In this document: one piece after another, positions 1-14,350 of the stretch | How positions within the stretch are numbered: the first letter of the stretch is position 1 | Layout: every line of letters begins with the position of its first letter | Assembly: GCA_013115125.1 (NCBI GenBank) | Contig: JABANN010000246.1 | Coordinates: 1-47,674, forward strand | Source of the DNA: Perkinsus olseni | Lineage: Eukaryota | Direction: 5' to 3' | Length of the DNA: 47,674 bases | Position numbers and translations under genes: made by a program | The notes under the pieces: model-generated | The model's database searches: none | The model's input: the letters and a program-made list of their open reading frames with translations, nothing else | What the model was told of the DNA's origin: nothing

Positions 1-349
1 TGGTATAGATATCCTCGACCCCCATATAGGCAACAGCAACCTTATCCGCCAAATAGACTTCTGAATGGTATAGTGGTTAGTCCGCGTTAGTTTCTTGCGT
101 ATCTTCAATGAGCTACACAGTGGAGTATGGCAATCTCTGTGACTTCCCGTTGTATGATACTCGTGATGGGCACTGATGAGGGCATCCGCAGTCGATGGGG
201 GTTGCCGTATTGATTACCGCATCCATCGCGTCATCTTGTCATTCTCTGAGTGCATGGTATTTCATCGCGAAAAACCCATCTTTGACCTCTATACATCGAC
301 CAGGACTCTCTTCGCAGCCTACAGACTCCATATAGTGTCTTCTCTCTAG

Positions 350-3300
350 GTAACTACGCCTACATTATGATGCGAACGATCGCTGACCGGTGCTTCGTCA
401 TCCACATTGATGTCGAGGCATCTGACGGAAACAACCTGCGGATATCTCTTTCAAATATGTGCGAAGTCTCTCTCGCTCCATCTCATGTCTCGGTTCTCGC
501 CTTCTGCTCTGCTACGATAGCTTCGCTCCGCTGAGAACTGTAGATTGAGTGACACAAATACATGCTTGGTTGCCGGGTTTAGGTTCAAGACGACGAAGGT
601 CCAGGCACCGAGGACCATCCAGTGCCCGGTGCATCCCCCTGTTGATCGATGGTGTATTCTCTGCGTTTACATAAGTGGAGTTATCGCTCTCTACTCTCCG
701 ACCACCCGAGGGCGGGGAAAGGTTTCGGGACCGAAGCACCTGCTGCCCGATGTAGGCTAATTTCGTGGTGCAGTGACGGAATGCATGATGGTTAGGTTCA
801 CTTTGTGAAGAGCATTCAGGTGGGTGCGTCGCTGCTCTTGCGTGGCATATTTACGAGTGACAATCATTACCTGATGGAAGACTTGCCGAGGGAGATGCAG
901 TTGACACACAAGCAGGGGACGGAAGCTGGGTGGATCGAAGTCCCAATAACGAAGGCGACTAAGCATGGTAAGTTTCCGTGCGCTAGGCGTGATTAGTGGC
1001 GACAGAGCAGGATTGGAAATTTTGGCACTATACCAGAGTCAAGGTGGTCCTGAGAATGAATGGTAGACCGCTGTTGCTCACGTGTCATCGAGGAAGGCCG
1101 CTTTTTAATGCTCGGGAAGGTTGGCGTTTGAGTCACGACGTGGAAACCCGCACGACCACGCTGTAAGCTGCAGTGGTGATACGGCGATTGGAGACTGCGA
1201 TTCAGAGTCGACGCTCACGAGCGTCGGATAACGCAGATGAGGCTCTATCGTGACTCCATAGAAGTGGCTGCGCGCTGACCGCGTCTCTTGAGAGCATTGC
1301 TAGTGATGGGTAGATTCGACTGAGATCTAGCCTCCACTCGACGAGTTTGTGATGGTGCATGATCTGTGAGCTGGCATAACACGAGGACGGGTGATGGTGT
1401 CTTTATGGTAGATACGAAGCAAGGATCTGATACAACCGATAGCATCCTGACTCGATTAGAGCCTACCTCACCATTACCATCAACTACCGACCCATTTATC
1501 GTCAGTCCGCAGGAGAAAGAGAAAGCAGGAGATGAGAATAAGGTGACCTCCATCGTCGGAGTAGTTCATTTTCATCATTTGCTATATCTCTCTGTGCATA
1601 GCGGTGATTCTAGTAGCAGCAAGGGCAAGCTAAAAATATGTGACCCCGTCCTCTTTGCGATTTCGTGTGAGCGGACGCCTCCTGAATTCGTCGGCCCAAT
1701 TAATAGGACTGGCTTTTCATGCTGAGTAGCCACTGCTGGTTGCAACGGAGTTTCCCTTTTGCAGCTTCTGGCTGTAGTAAGACGACTTTGAATGATAATT
1801 GAATGCCGTGACACAACAGTAATTGTTTGTCGTCACTCCCGAATTGTCCTCTCCTCTGCAGGCCAACCCCAACATTCCTGCCCTGCCACCTCTGTCCGAA
1901 CGCCCACAGCTCACCGTTCAACCGTTAGAGTTGAAGCAAGTGCTGTGCGCTAGGCCGCAGCTGAGTAGTAAGGCTACGTCGAATCCGAGGAGAACATCAG
2001 CCGGACAGCGGAGATTCGCAGTCTGGGTTCGAGACAAAGTAAGCTCATCGAAGGGAGGCTCGTCATTTTTAGGGGTTTTACTTTATAAATTGAGCAAAAC
2101 ACCCCTGTCAAGCCAGCCAAAGGGCGCCGACTTGCTCACACCCAAATAAACGATGGTGTTCTTCGCACTACTGTCTGTATTCGATACAATACAGTGAAGT
2201 GTCGATAGTAGCTATCATGAGGGCCTCTACTCGCCACTTTCAGGCATCCGCGCTCCGACCCTCAGTATGCTCGTTATCAGCCGGCCACTTGTCGCTATCA
2301 TCACTGGACACCCAGAGCCCCTCTGAGCTAGGCCTCATAACGGGTTGTGGTCTTGTATCATGCCTTGCCGGCACCGACGCCGGTAACACAATCCTCACGG
2401 CAGAGTCGGGTGAGTACATGGTTGCTCGGCTCGCCGTGTTAAGACTGGTTAGGTGACCCACCCGTTGTGCGACTGTGGAGGCCAAGTGTCAGCGAGGCTC
2501 CTGTTTGCGTGATATCATGCCCGATGCTGGCTGGTAGGCTTTATCCTCGTCTCGCCGAAAAAAAGAAATGTTCTTGGACCAGCTGGATGTATTACTATTA
2601 GTACATAACATAGCCAATGTTTTGGTATGAAGAACATAGCAGTTGTATGTAACTGCTCAGAACCACTTGCGTCTATCCATGCACGCATTGACACATTCGC
2701 TTCGCTTCAGTGGAAGAATCTTATCGGTTTATCACGACCGCGCTTGAGTCAGGTATTGACGATATCTGTTCGGATCCCGACTCTCGCCGTATCTGCATCC
2801 TCGGCAAGGATGTCCAAAGGAAGCAACAGCAACTGTGTGTGTGGAACATTCCTCCACCTCCCGTCACACGAGGGAAGCCCTCTGCTTGCAAGTCGCAAGC
2901 GGAGCTTATTGCCAAACACGTGAGCTAGCGGACTTGATACGCTTGGTTCGTCATCTGTCACTTGGGCCGGAGCTAGACTGTAGCGCATTTCTTCGCACCA
3001 AGTGGTGAGCTTCAGATTCATTCCTTCATCACTCCGATTCCGCTCGCCGGTTGTGTCGTTACTCCGTTATCTCCCTGTTATCTCACCCATCGATATTCTG
3101 TTCCAGTGCGACACGAACGTCGTAGCAGAGATATAATTCGTGCTACTCTCCATTCAATAATCCTCTTCTGAATATGATACAGTAACCGCTCTGCATCGAT
3201 TCTGTTGCTGTGGGGTTCTGGCTTTCCGGACGATATAAAGTCATATGCTTCAAGTGTCGCTCGCCGTATGAAGTCAATTGCCGATGTTGTTTTGTTCCTG

Positions 3301-6300
3301 CCAGGTCTGCGGGGCTTGGCCCATCCAAGCTCTAGGGTTCTCTCCTTTCCGTCCGTCAGCTCACACCAACATCGTCTCCTGTGGCTTTGAGAATATTCGC
3401 TTCTGGCGTGTGAAGGATCAACACCTTGCCGGGGTGTCGGTGCAGTTGAACCAACTGGCCAGGGAGACGGTCTTTACCGACCTCGATTTCGAAGGTAGCT
3501 TTCGAGTGTTCGGTACACAAGCTTCGGATGTGGCTTGCTATGTCGACGCATAATTCTATTGGTGCTCTCCGAATCACGCGTTGGTGGGCCGAGTACGGGG
3601 TTCATGATGTAACCCAAAACACATGCCTTATGAACGTTAGCAGAACGACTGGAACTAAGCCGAAATCCATGCGAGTGGGAATGAGAAAGTTTGATGTGGG
3701 CTGCTCCTTTCCTCAGCAAGCAAGAGTCTTCGCCCTGCCGGTGCTGTGCCACAGGATGCTGAGGGCAAGGAGGAGGAGGCGGCGGTTCTGCATTACCGAG
3801 TGTTCGTCGCTACTGCGTGTGGTAGAGTCATTCAGCTTCACTACAATACGCGGCAGGTTGAAAATGTGTAAGTAGTACGATTTCGTAGAACGGTTGATTT
3901 TCGTGGAAAATGAACCTTCGTGTCGCAATTCGTCTTCTAATTGACGGGTTCTCGCTCTTCAACTCGCTGTAGAGAACCATCCTTAGGCGGGCATGAACGA
4001 AGGGATTCATTCAATGTCTTCGCGGTACCTCCCGCTGCCGTTTTACTTACAGTGATGATACTATTGGACAGCCTCGTACTTTTAAGTTCCATGCTCAGTG
4101 TGGCCGACCAGGTCTCGGGTAGTTCAGCGGTAATCCGATGATCGGCCTCCATAATGCGTAACGTAGGCGTCGTATCCCCCCGGCAGTACGGCGTTTTCTG
4201 GCGACTCGGGGAAGAACTCGACACTACCAAGCATTAGCCGATCAGCCCAGTGAGCTGCTTGGCGTTACCCGGCACGTCTATACGGCCTAGTATCGCAGGG
4301 ATACGCTAAGGCCTTCCGTTGTGATATGCTTGGCTCGACAGACAACACAGCTGACGAGTTCCTGGACGGAATGGATTTCTCTCAAGCGTACTTCTCCCTC
4401 AGGGTACTGGACGATGTTTACAGCATCATTGCACCGGTCCACGCTGCCCTACGATCTCCTGATCTCTCTGTTGGGATCTCCTGATCTGATGGACCATGGT
4501 GGTCCGACCATCTACCCCGCTTCTTTTAGCGAGGTTCACTCCGGCTCGGGGTCGCCGGGTGCTAAGATGCTCTTCGTCGTCGTCGAAAGGAACGATGACG
4601 AAGAAACCTGGTGCTACGACGCTGGGGTTGTGAAGCTTAATGAGCGGCTTCGGATGCTGATTAAGCGACCCTTTCTCGCTGAGAATGGGAAGTGGCTGCA
4701 CCTGAAGAGCTGGCATCTTTAAGTCCTCTCTTCTAGGCGACGAAATCGCACTGGTTTTCCTGCATGGATCCTCAAAGGGACGCCTTGAGGACCTCAAGGA
4801 CCTCTACCTCAAGTTGAGGTACTAACGTGATGGTGAGTGGACTCCCGTGGCCAATCTAGCAGCAAACGGTGCTGTGGGGGGGGAAGTCTTGGCCATTTCG
4901 GCCAATTGGGAGGCAAGTTGGTGTGCGGGATAAACGGGGCGACAGTATACAGTTCCGACGGAAGCCGGAGAGTCGCGCAGAGACAGTGGCGCTCCCGGAG
5001 ATGCTGGAGCTTACTTTTAGAGTTGCCTTGAAGCTTGAAGCCTGTTTTAACAGCCCTCACCTGTACCATCGCCATCGCCGGAGGCAAAGGACCTTCAGAG
5101 GGCCGAGTCGGCGCGGCCGACTGTCACTAGATAGGCTCAACCGCTGAACTTCAGCGTCTCCGGAGGATGATTCCGACTCGGAATTTCCGAGCGTGCTCCT
5201 GTCGTTGTTGTGTTCGCTGTTGAACCCCCCTACTTTCCGATAGCCCAGTGCTGCTGAAAACTCTAAGATTGCATCACCACTGCATGTGATATTTCAGATA
5301 CCGCCTGTACGACGACGGATGCCCTATTTGGGCTATCACCGTTACCGAAGGCTTCGTGTGCACTGCTGGTGACGATGGCTACGTCAGGGTATGGCCGTTG
5401 GACTTCACGAACTACTATATGCAGGCTAAGGTGGGAATCCGTGGCTCGTAATCGTCGTTGAGAGAAAGAAACTAGTATTTCTAACTTAGAAATACTAGAA
5501 AAATACTTTGAATACTTAGAAATTCTAAGTGAAACCGTCAAATCTGTCAGACCTCTAGGACGTCGATGCCCATAGTAGCAAGCGTAGTACCTGAACTCTA
5601 CATCCACGCTTTGTCAGTTGCCCGGGCCGGTGTATGGGTTGGACCTCACACCAGATGATCTCCAGCTGGTCTGTTCTGTTGGGGATGGAAGCGTTGGTGT
5701 GCTCGACTTGGAAGCGTGCAAGTAAGTTGGAGGCTCCCCGAAGGAATAGGAGTCCCCAAATTTCCTCCTCCCTTGGAAGGAAACTAATACTGACAGAGAT
5801 CATATCAGCCGACTCCACCGACTTAACTTGCTCATATCTGACTTGACCCATTTTCAAAAGCTCTGAGACATGACTCATTGCTTGATTGGGAAACGCACTC
5901 TAGTGCGAGCTTTGGTAGGTACACAGTGGTGTCCCGATCACACAAGAGCAAGATTCGCTGCGCCGCTGTGTCCTTCTGCGGTACCAAATTGTGTACAGCG
6001 ACAGCGGACGGCTGCATGCGTGTCTGGGAAATCGCTAATGGAACTGCGAAAACTCTACTCGAGTTCAAAGCTGAGCCTGTAGGGGTTCGCAGCGCTTCCT
6101 CCCAGTGGATCTTTCATTGGTCAATGCAATTTCAAAGAGTGGTGGAATTGGCCTTGAGGGGGTTCAAGTGATAATATGATCTATAACGTGATCTGTAGCT
6201 CAGTATTGCACGTGTACTCATTCACGCGAACGCAAAGCGCATAATGAGGTCACTTCTTAATGAGGACTGACCATAAATTATGGTCAGTCCTCATTTAATG

Positions 6301-9300
6301 AGTCCATAAAGAGGACGGTTATCTGACCTTAATGATATGCAGTAGCAGTAGCAGAGGTATCCTGTGTGTTGGCTCTTCGGAGCATCGCTGTTGAAATCAT
6401 CCCTCAGGATTTTCCCACGTCATTGGCCTTCCAACCATCCATAGCCATTGAGGAAGGCGAGGCCCCTCTGCTGGCAGTTGGGTTCGAGACGGGCGCCGTG
6501 ATGATTTTCGAGATCTCAGCAGTCGGAGATCACACGAAGACATCATCACCGATGTTCGAGTTGAAACACCACGCGCATCCTGGTGAGTTTCCCTTTCGAG
6601 AAGTCCGCGGTTATTGACCGTCTCGAGTTACTTCCCTGTCGTTCGCGTCGGTATCGTCCTCGTCATTGCTGCTATCCGGGGACACCACGGGTCGTGTCGT
6701 GATCCATGACGAGGCCAGGAAGTTCGAGGCGACGAGGTGCCCAGATTCGGTCGTCTCCAAGCCGATACTACCGGTAGTCCCTTCGACGAAGGCAGATGTG
6801 CAAGTGAGTGCCGTTGATAGCGAGATGCCGTCGGTTGGAGGTTAACGTTTCAAATTTTCTTCTGGGGTCCGTTTTTTCTGCGTGTTTTCCGAGAATTTCC
6901 AGTTCATTTTCATTCGGATGGAACATTTTTCGCGAAATTGGCTTTGGTTCTCTGTGCTGACCGAAAACCTATATCGACAGCCTACGGAACCGAATGGGCA
7001 ATCTGCGGAAACTTGGGGAAAAAGGGGCCGGCTTGGTGTTTCAAAAGGGAGAAGCATCGCTTCTTTAGTCGTCGGGATGTTCAGATACAGCCACCAACCT
7101 TCGCTCTTCGCCCCGCCTCCCATCGTCATACTATGATCGCCCTGTACTCACACGAGAGGGCAATCGCGCTCGCCCAGCTTCCGGACTTAGAGACTTCTCG
7201 TGTCGTGAAAGTTAACCATATGCAGAAAGCTACTGCTGCGATTACCACTTACACGGTGAGAGATGAGCTGCGTCCTAGCTTCTATTGATCCAAATCGATC
7301 AAACGATCGATAAGTCTTCCTCTCGGCTAGAATGAATCAATAATACTCATGTGAGGTTGAGCGGTCGTCAGGATACAAGGCTGATGGAACGTCCAGTCTT
7401 CACTATACCGGTGGGGAGTATGCAAAGTTCCTCGAACGTGGATGAAAACTCTATGTAGTTTCGCCCGCGATATGAGAAAAACATTCGCATTTCACATCGT
7501 GATTTTTTTCGGTGTGGAGTTTTGTCGGAGGTCGGTCGGAGGGCGGTGAGTGATTTTCGGAGTTTTAACTCTGCGGGAAAACGTCACTCAACGTATTACG
7601 GGTGGCAATCCAACGTATACGTCCCGCTAGGCTCAGAGACCGATAACGTCATTTCTTTCAACAGAAAAAAAATTTCTGCTGCAGAGGTTCTCATGAAGTT
7701 ACGGTTATCGTTGTGTCACTCCCGCTCGATGTGACTCATTGTTCTCGTCAGTTCTCAGCGGACGGTGTCCTTCTCTTGGTGGGCCTGAGTGACTCCTGGG
7801 TACGAGTATACGATCCAGACTCTGGTCTCCTGGAGCATTCTATTAACTGTGTTATGGCGGTAAGCATACCGTCTGGCTGATTTGGAGGGGAGAGCTCTGA
7901 GAATGGACGCCAGAATTCTAGAGTACCACATTTTTCGTTGTTCATGTCCACTTGCCATTTTTGAGAGTTCCGACCTCATAGAGCGAGAATTGTAGCTCTT
8001 CATCGGAGTGCTTTTTCACGTGTCAATAAGCGCCGATTTTTTGTTCATGGCTTTTTTGCGGCTGACGTGTTTCTTCCTACTCTACCTCAGGGTATGGTCA
8101 CTGCCCTCTACATGAGTGCTACTCTGAAGGGCACGGATGGGCGGAAAATAATCACGGCAGGTCACCTCGATCATCAGCTGAGGGTCAGCGACTACTATAG
8201 AGATGTAGGTGTGTGTGGGGTTGAGGGCGATTGACAGCGTCAGGTGTCTCAGGCCCGCAGCGAGGACCCGTTACATCGGCCAGGAGAACAAACTTACCAT
8301 GCTCACCATTTCCCACCGTAGGACGGCGCCGTGGGGCTTCACTGTGCTTTTAATTTTCTCGGCCTTAATGCGGAGGAAACGCACGCCGATCGTGCTCGCC
8401 CGAGTCGACATCCGAGAGGGCTATTGAAATTGATTTGCCGTGAAATGTACCGACACTTGAGACGCTCAGCGAACAATACGAAATTCCGCCTATCGAAGCT
8501 TGGTGTCGGTGTGATTAAGCTTCCTTCAGACGAGAGATCTTCGCCGTTGGTGAGCTATTGCTGACGACCAGTAGCACGGAGGTCTGTCTATGGTCCTTCC
8601 CCTACCTGTTCGAGAGTGTAGAGCCGACAGAGCGATTGGTGGTCACTGAGAAGAAGTCGGTTGAATGCATTGCTGAGGTGTCGGGCGTGGAGAGAGTTAC
8701 TGTGGAAGGACGAGGATTGTTCCAATCGTTTGATGACGACGAGAATGATCGACAAGAAGCTCCGGTGTTGGTGATGGAAGATGCAGTGAAAACGTCTGAG
8801 CGGAGCGAAGAAATTGAGGAGATAATTCAATATGATACTGTAGAAGCCGAGGAAAGACCCGTGGAGATACCGGTCGCTGAGAATGTTGAAAAAGTTGAGC
8901 GGAGCGAAGCAGTTGGAAGGATTACATACCAGCGTTTCTGTGGCGGAGGGTCGGTCGTTCTGTGGCTGAGTGAATTGGGCCACCTAGCGACGGGTTGCCA
9001 CCGATGGGTCCATCTGGCCAGTTTGGTCGAGGATCGCGACACCTATCTGACCATACCGGACAGCGTGGTCGGGCCAAGGAAGATAACGTCTCTTGACTTG
9101 AGCCCCTTGACGATGCGGACTCTGCTGGCTTCAGCCGATGATGGGCGCTGGATGGTCGTGTGGGACCTTGTGAAGGCTGAGATCGCTTTGTCAGCGGAGG
9201 ATGGTGAGGAAGAGGAGAGGAAGATGTCCAAGTTTGTGGAGCCTCTGGTGAGTTACTTGGCATTGGAATTTCTGCCGTATAATTGATGGTGGTTCGTCAT

Positions 9301-11407
9301 ACCAAAACTTTCTCTCTTCGTTTCGACTGCAATGTTCTCCTTCCTCGTTACAGCCAGCTGTATTTTTCTAGCTGGTGTTGCGATTGGAGTGGTATCGTGT
9401 CAGTCGGTTACCCACTTACCCGAAGGCAGTAAATCCTGCAAGCTCTTGGCTGATAGTCTGGCGCTATCATGCAGTCGAGGGACCTCAGGAGATGATCGAA
9501 GTGTCGGGAATGTAAGAGGGACCGTCATGAGGCTTTCCTCAATTCTTAGAGAACTCACCAGCGGAAAGTTCACCCAAAATCAGCCTTTGATGCGCTCAAC
9601 TGATTCCCACCAACACTGTTGCGCCGTCCAAGTATCAACATTGCTCCGCACTGTGTGGACCACACACGATTGCTTTAAAGTGTGTCTGCGCCAGTTGAGT
9701 AGAGCACTCTCGTCTCTTCCGATTGCCATCCTTCTATTTTTCCCCTTTCGTCCGTTCCGATACGGGATCCTGTTCGGTTGTTATCGCACTGTACGACACC
9801 ACTTCAGCTGGTCGTGTGGGGTCTACCTCGAACGGAAACGTGCAAGGAGGCGAAGATCCTAGCAACAGCGAGCCTGCAGCTGCCAGCAACGACAGCAGGC
9901 GACTTGGAAGTCGAGATCGTAGTGCAATCATGCTTTGCTTCGCTCCGTCTGTTGAGTGTATGTTTTTATCCTAGATTGTGAATCCATTGTCGGCCATGGA
10001 GTTCGTAACGATGACAAGCGAGTCTGTTATAATGTGGCAGTTGGCGACGTCCGAGGAGGGGAGCGAGGAAGACAGAGTGCGAGGTTGGGGTCTTGCCTTC
10101 AATGAAGTGGTGATCCCCGACCAATTCACTGGTAGTTATAGAGGACCCGTCGAGACCCTTGATACTTCCCCTCAGGAACCCTGTGCTCGGTCGCTATGTC
10201 GTCACCACATCTCTTCATTGGTACCACAACTGGGTTTGTGATGGTGGTGGACACGGACGTATGCGAGCTCATCGCGGCTGTTGGGGTTTTCTCTACCGAG
10301 AAGCCGCAGCCGTTGTCAAGACTAAGTCCGTTGCCGATAGCCTGGAAGGAGGCCGTCTTCGGTTTGCTGGCCGCTACCGAAGACGACTGCGTCTGTGGCG
10401 TGAGCCTCAGCAAGGATCTTCTCGGCGTCTGGGAATCCAAGCTCGAACCTGAACCCATGCGCTTCACGGAGGGCATCGCGTCTATTCAGTTCTTCGGTTC
10501 GGCCAACGATGGCGTGGTGATCACGCAAGGTTCCGCTGCTACCGTGTGGTTTGTGGACTGGGACAAGCGTATTCGAGCTCGACTGAGGTCAATGGTGCCA
10601 CGCAGCCCGGTGGGAATGGATTGTCGTGCTGGTCTGCTGGCCGTGGCTAGCAGTCGTGATGTGGTCCTGTATCGTCCAGGAGAGCACGGAAGGCTTGAGG
10701 GGCTAACGCGCTATCATGAGGCAGCCCCAGAGACAGTCTCAGTGAAGTGCGTTACTATCGTCTCTAGCGATGGCTTGGACTCGATCGTGGTGGGCCTCTC
10801 TGATGGCCGGGCTCGCGTGTACAATCTGAATCCAGAGAAGACGAAAGTGGACTACATCCGACTTGAAGTGTTCCGTGAAGAAGCGATCACCGCGGTGGCA
10901 GCCTTCAAAGGGAGGCGAGTGCTGGTGGGCAGCGCCTCGGGTGTCCTCGCCTGGACTACCATTCCAATAGAGACTTCCCAACCAGCTAGGCTGGCCCGTC
11001 TGGCGAGCGTTCCAGCTCGTGATGGCAGCAAGAAGTCATATGTCATGGACATCTCCATCAGCCCAGGGGCTGAGGCCTTCTGCGCCGGTCTGTCGGGTGG
11101 GCAGCTCTGGGCTGGATACATCCGGAAGCAGCCGGCCGTGAGATGTGTGATGCAATCGACGTGGATGGTGAAGGGCCTCACGAGTGCTACGTCCCTGTCT
11201 CGTGGGAGGGTGGTGGCTGCTGGTGAGAACACCGTCTTTGTATTCAAGATGGGCACCCCGGCGCCCGTCTGGACGCATGAGATGGGATTCTCACCGCTGC
11301 GAGTTGGTAGAGTTGGACCAGATTTGATCGGTGTGGTTGGTGACGGGGCGAAGTTGAGGACATTGAGTGTGGAAGAGAGCACTATGAAAGTGCAGGAGAG
11401 CATGTGA
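350..11407 (+). CDS. WDR90: WDR90/POC16-like centriolar protein (N-terminal CFA20/DUF667 domain plus many WD40 repeats); multi-exon, 5' end not resolved
   Basis: Spliced exons read GNYAYIMMRTIADRCFVIHIDVEASDGNNLRISLSNM / FKTTKVQ...DRWCILCVYI / KSIQVGASLLLRGIFTSDNHY..DLPREM (CFA20-like). WD40 exons follow: IVSCGFENIRFWRVK, SAGDDGYVRVWPLDF, LCTATADGCMRVWEI, LLASADDGRWMVVWDL, and the 403-aa ORF 10196-11407 (IVVGLSDGRARVYNL). The 3' end may be spliced further because GTGAGT overlaps the stop. Confidence 0.8.
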
Positions 11408-11923
11408 GTAAACGCCTCCGCGAGAACTTGGTTTATGCGTGTCTGGTCTTCATCCTATAGTGTCTATAGTGTAAGATAACTTTACTAGAGCGGGGACCGC
11501 TGTAGCGAGCATAAGGCTAGGCTCACGATGGTCGCTACTCTTGGTTGTCGGAAAGGAGCCGGGAGGCTCCCGGAGGGAATTCAAGAGAGGAAGCCTGGTT
11601 GGCTCGTTAGTGTCGCCGATTTTAGCGCCATCGGAAGGAGATAGGGTTGAAGTAACTTTTCTTGAATCAATTTCCATACTTTCGATATTTCTCAGAGGAC
11701 TTACGGTATTACTAATAGTATCGAGAATTCGATCGAAATCTTTCCCTGTGCGGAGCCTGTCTTATAGAACAGCCAATTCTCGCTGATGATGATGATACCT
11801 GGGTTGAAGAGCGCAGAGTCTCCTCCAGGCAGTCTCTCATAATGGGTCCATTGAGAAGTGCAACAGCGCTACAACCTTGCTTCCCCCCCCCTGAAGTCAC
11901 CGGCTTCCATGATCGACCTTATC

Positions 11924-12110
11924 CGTCAGGTGCAGCCCTGTGCCGTGGGGAGAACCTGGGGCGATACTCCACAGTGGCGGTGGGGAATCGAGCGGCTGGA
12001 TCGCTCATGACGCTGTCGTGGCGGAAGTCAGCGCGTCTCTGGGCTGACAGACTGGTTCATGGCAGTAATTCAGTATCGGTTCGCTTCGTTATTGTTGTGT
12101 TCCCCTTCAA
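11924..12110. repeat. Copy 1 of duplicated block (partner 14180-14350)
   Basis: CCGTCAGGTGCA.CCC.GTGCC.TGGGGAGAACC.GGGGCGAT and CGCTCATGACGCTGTCGTGGCGGAAGTCAGCGCGTCTCTGGGCTGA occur in both places. Confidence 0.85.
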
Positions 12111-12380
12111 TTTCAACGGTGGAAAACGTGCGCATGGCTGCAGGAGACATTGGGGTCTCGTGCATTCTAGATATGCCTGGTGGTTGAAGCACTGCAACGA
12201 CTTCTTGTTTTGGGAGCATACTAACGCTGCATGCGTGAATACTTTACTGCCCAACATCGAATCGAGACTATTGGCTGAGCCAATTTGGCTTGCAGTCTTG
12301 GCCTTATCAGGAGCAACACCTGTCCGTAAGACACGAAGAGAAGAATAAAAAAAGCAGGAAGGTGACGAAGGTGATGAGAA

Positions 12381-12530
12381 AAGGGTCCGGAGCTCAACCC
12401 ACACCGCTGAGACGTATCTCAGAGCTCACCTCCGCCGTCAAACGCTACAGTGGGTATTGGAATCCAATAATTGGATCGACACCGTGCCGATCAGTGCGTG
12501 ATGGACCTGGGCCAGGATCCCTGGGTTCTT
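12381..12530. repeat. Dispersed repeat (partner about 17728-17905)
   Basis: AAAGGGTCC.GAGCT.AA.CCA.AC.GCTGAGACGTA..CAGAGC....T.CGCCGTCAAACG is shared between the two sites. Confidence 0.7.
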
Positions 12531-13150
12531 GGGGTGAGCAGCCACCACGCCTCATTGGTGTTTAACGTAAACGCTTGCCCCAATGCTTTTGTTCACATTT
12601 GCGGCATCGTTTCGACTCTTTCATCTACCTCATCAACAGCTTGTCTGGCGACGTCCTTAGCAGAACCACATTGAAGTGGACAATGTATTCGGGTTTTCGC
12701 TTTGTGTTCCATCTAGAAGCCGATGCCACGGTATCAAATTGCCTTACCAACGCGGTCGTAGTGGCTGAGCACGGCGTGCTCAGCACGCTCTCAAGTTTGA
12801 AGGGCATCTCATTGTTCTTGATGGTGTGGGTCTGGGTACCAGATGTTACAGTTGCCATTGGTACCGTGCTTAACACAACAGCACAGAGGAAGGCAGCCGA
12901 GAGGCAGAATTGTACTTGTGTACACCGCAGCGAAATAGCTATGACGGAATAGATCAACTTGGCGACCTATACAACCACAGCGGTACGGAGTTACACTGTA
13001 CAGTACTCAAGGCATAGACATCATCACAGCAATGATGGCGACAGCATCACAGCACGCAGCAATGGGGGCGGTTCCATCATCACAGTCATCAAGAGTCATC
13101 ACAGCACCGGCACGTGTTCGGTACACGGTGTGCCCTAGGTCGGTCTTCTT

Positions 13151-13366
13151 TCAAAAGCCGCCACCGCCGCCGCTTGTGTGACCGCCACCATGAACTTCAA
13201 CACTGGCGCTGGAGTCAGAACTGGACTCGAAGTCATCCCTCACGACATTCCTGCGCAATGTGGGCGCTGAACTGCTTCCTGCGTTGGACGCGGCGGATTC
13301 ATCGTTCCCAATGATAATGGCGGCAGAGACTATGAGCAAGATCGACGCAACGAAGGGGAACTTCAT
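13151..13366 (-). CDS. Small secreted peptide, paralog 1 (71 aa; possibly truncated or a pseudogene)
   Basis: MKFPFVASILLIVSAAIIIGNDESA... has a hydrophobic signal-like N-terminus and is homologous to 14920-15318. It lacks the Cys core, and similarity continues past its TGA. Confidence 0.55.
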   Translation of the reverse strand: MKFPFVASILLIVSAAIIIGNDESAASNAGSSSAPTLRRNVVRDDFESSSDSSASVEVHGGGHTSGGGGGF

Positions 13367-14179
13367 GTTCGTAAAGCTGAGCGCGATAATGAGATCGACA
13401 CACCAATACAAACGAAAATCTCGTTGATTTGACGAACCACGAACCAGATTCGTGGCTTGAATTTTTCCTGGTTAGCAAGAGATGGACAATAATGGGCGTG
13501 GTGTCGCGGTGACACTGTCACCTGCTGACACCAGTTGTGTTAGGATGATCTGCCTGCCCCTGTTGGCCAGTCTGTTAGCTGCGATCGATTGTTAGCTATT
13601 TCGATGTGTGTAAATCGATCCCGTTCGGGCGACGATATCAACTACCTTTAGTCGTTGACTGTGGTGCCTTGCATGTGCGAAGTAGACAGTGTCTGGCAGG
13701 CGCCAAAGTCTAGTGCGTATATGCGTCAAAGGATCGGTTAAATTCAGAGTCTTCAGAGGATTATTGATGGCACTCCTGCCAACCTTGTCGGCCGCAGCTC
13801 AAGTATTATCGTATATCTGTATCTGCCTCTGGGATTGTGCTGTCAGAGTTGTCACCATCGACTACCTATGGTATCAACCGACGACGCGATCATGACTTCG
13901 AGTACATCCGTCCACACAGTGGTGTCACGCCACGTGTCCCCGTGGCCCACGGGCCGTGGGGACATGCTGCCCGCCTGCCTTAGAAGGAGGCTATCGAATA
14001 GGTCTTAGCGAATGCACTAACACGTCAAGTTCAAGCGGGCTCAATGTCAACCGTTCCATAGCAACTCCAAGCGTCGAGTCAACTCCAGAGAGTCTCTCAT
14101 ATTGGGTCGATTCAGAATGGCACCGACGACGCTACAGCATTGCCCCCGAGGACATCGGCTTCTACATATTAACGACCTT

Positions 14180-14350
14180 CCCGTCAGGTGCATCCCCGTG
14201 CCATGGGGAGAACCGGGGGCGATGCTTCACACTGGACCGCTCATGACGCTGTCGTGGCGGAAGTCAGCGCGTCTCTGGGCTGATGGTGACAGTGTTGTGC
14301 ACGACAGTAATTCAGTATTGGCTCCCTTCATTATTGTTGTGTTTCCTTTG
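14180..14350. repeat. Copy 2 of duplicated block (partner 11924-12110)
   Basis: Near-identical segments to 11924-12110 in the same orientation. Confidence 0.85.

Noticed and set aside
13018-13110. CRISPR-like or regular array of CATCACAG words
   Set aside because: Irregular low-complexity repeats in a eukaryotic context, without constant repeat and spacer lengths
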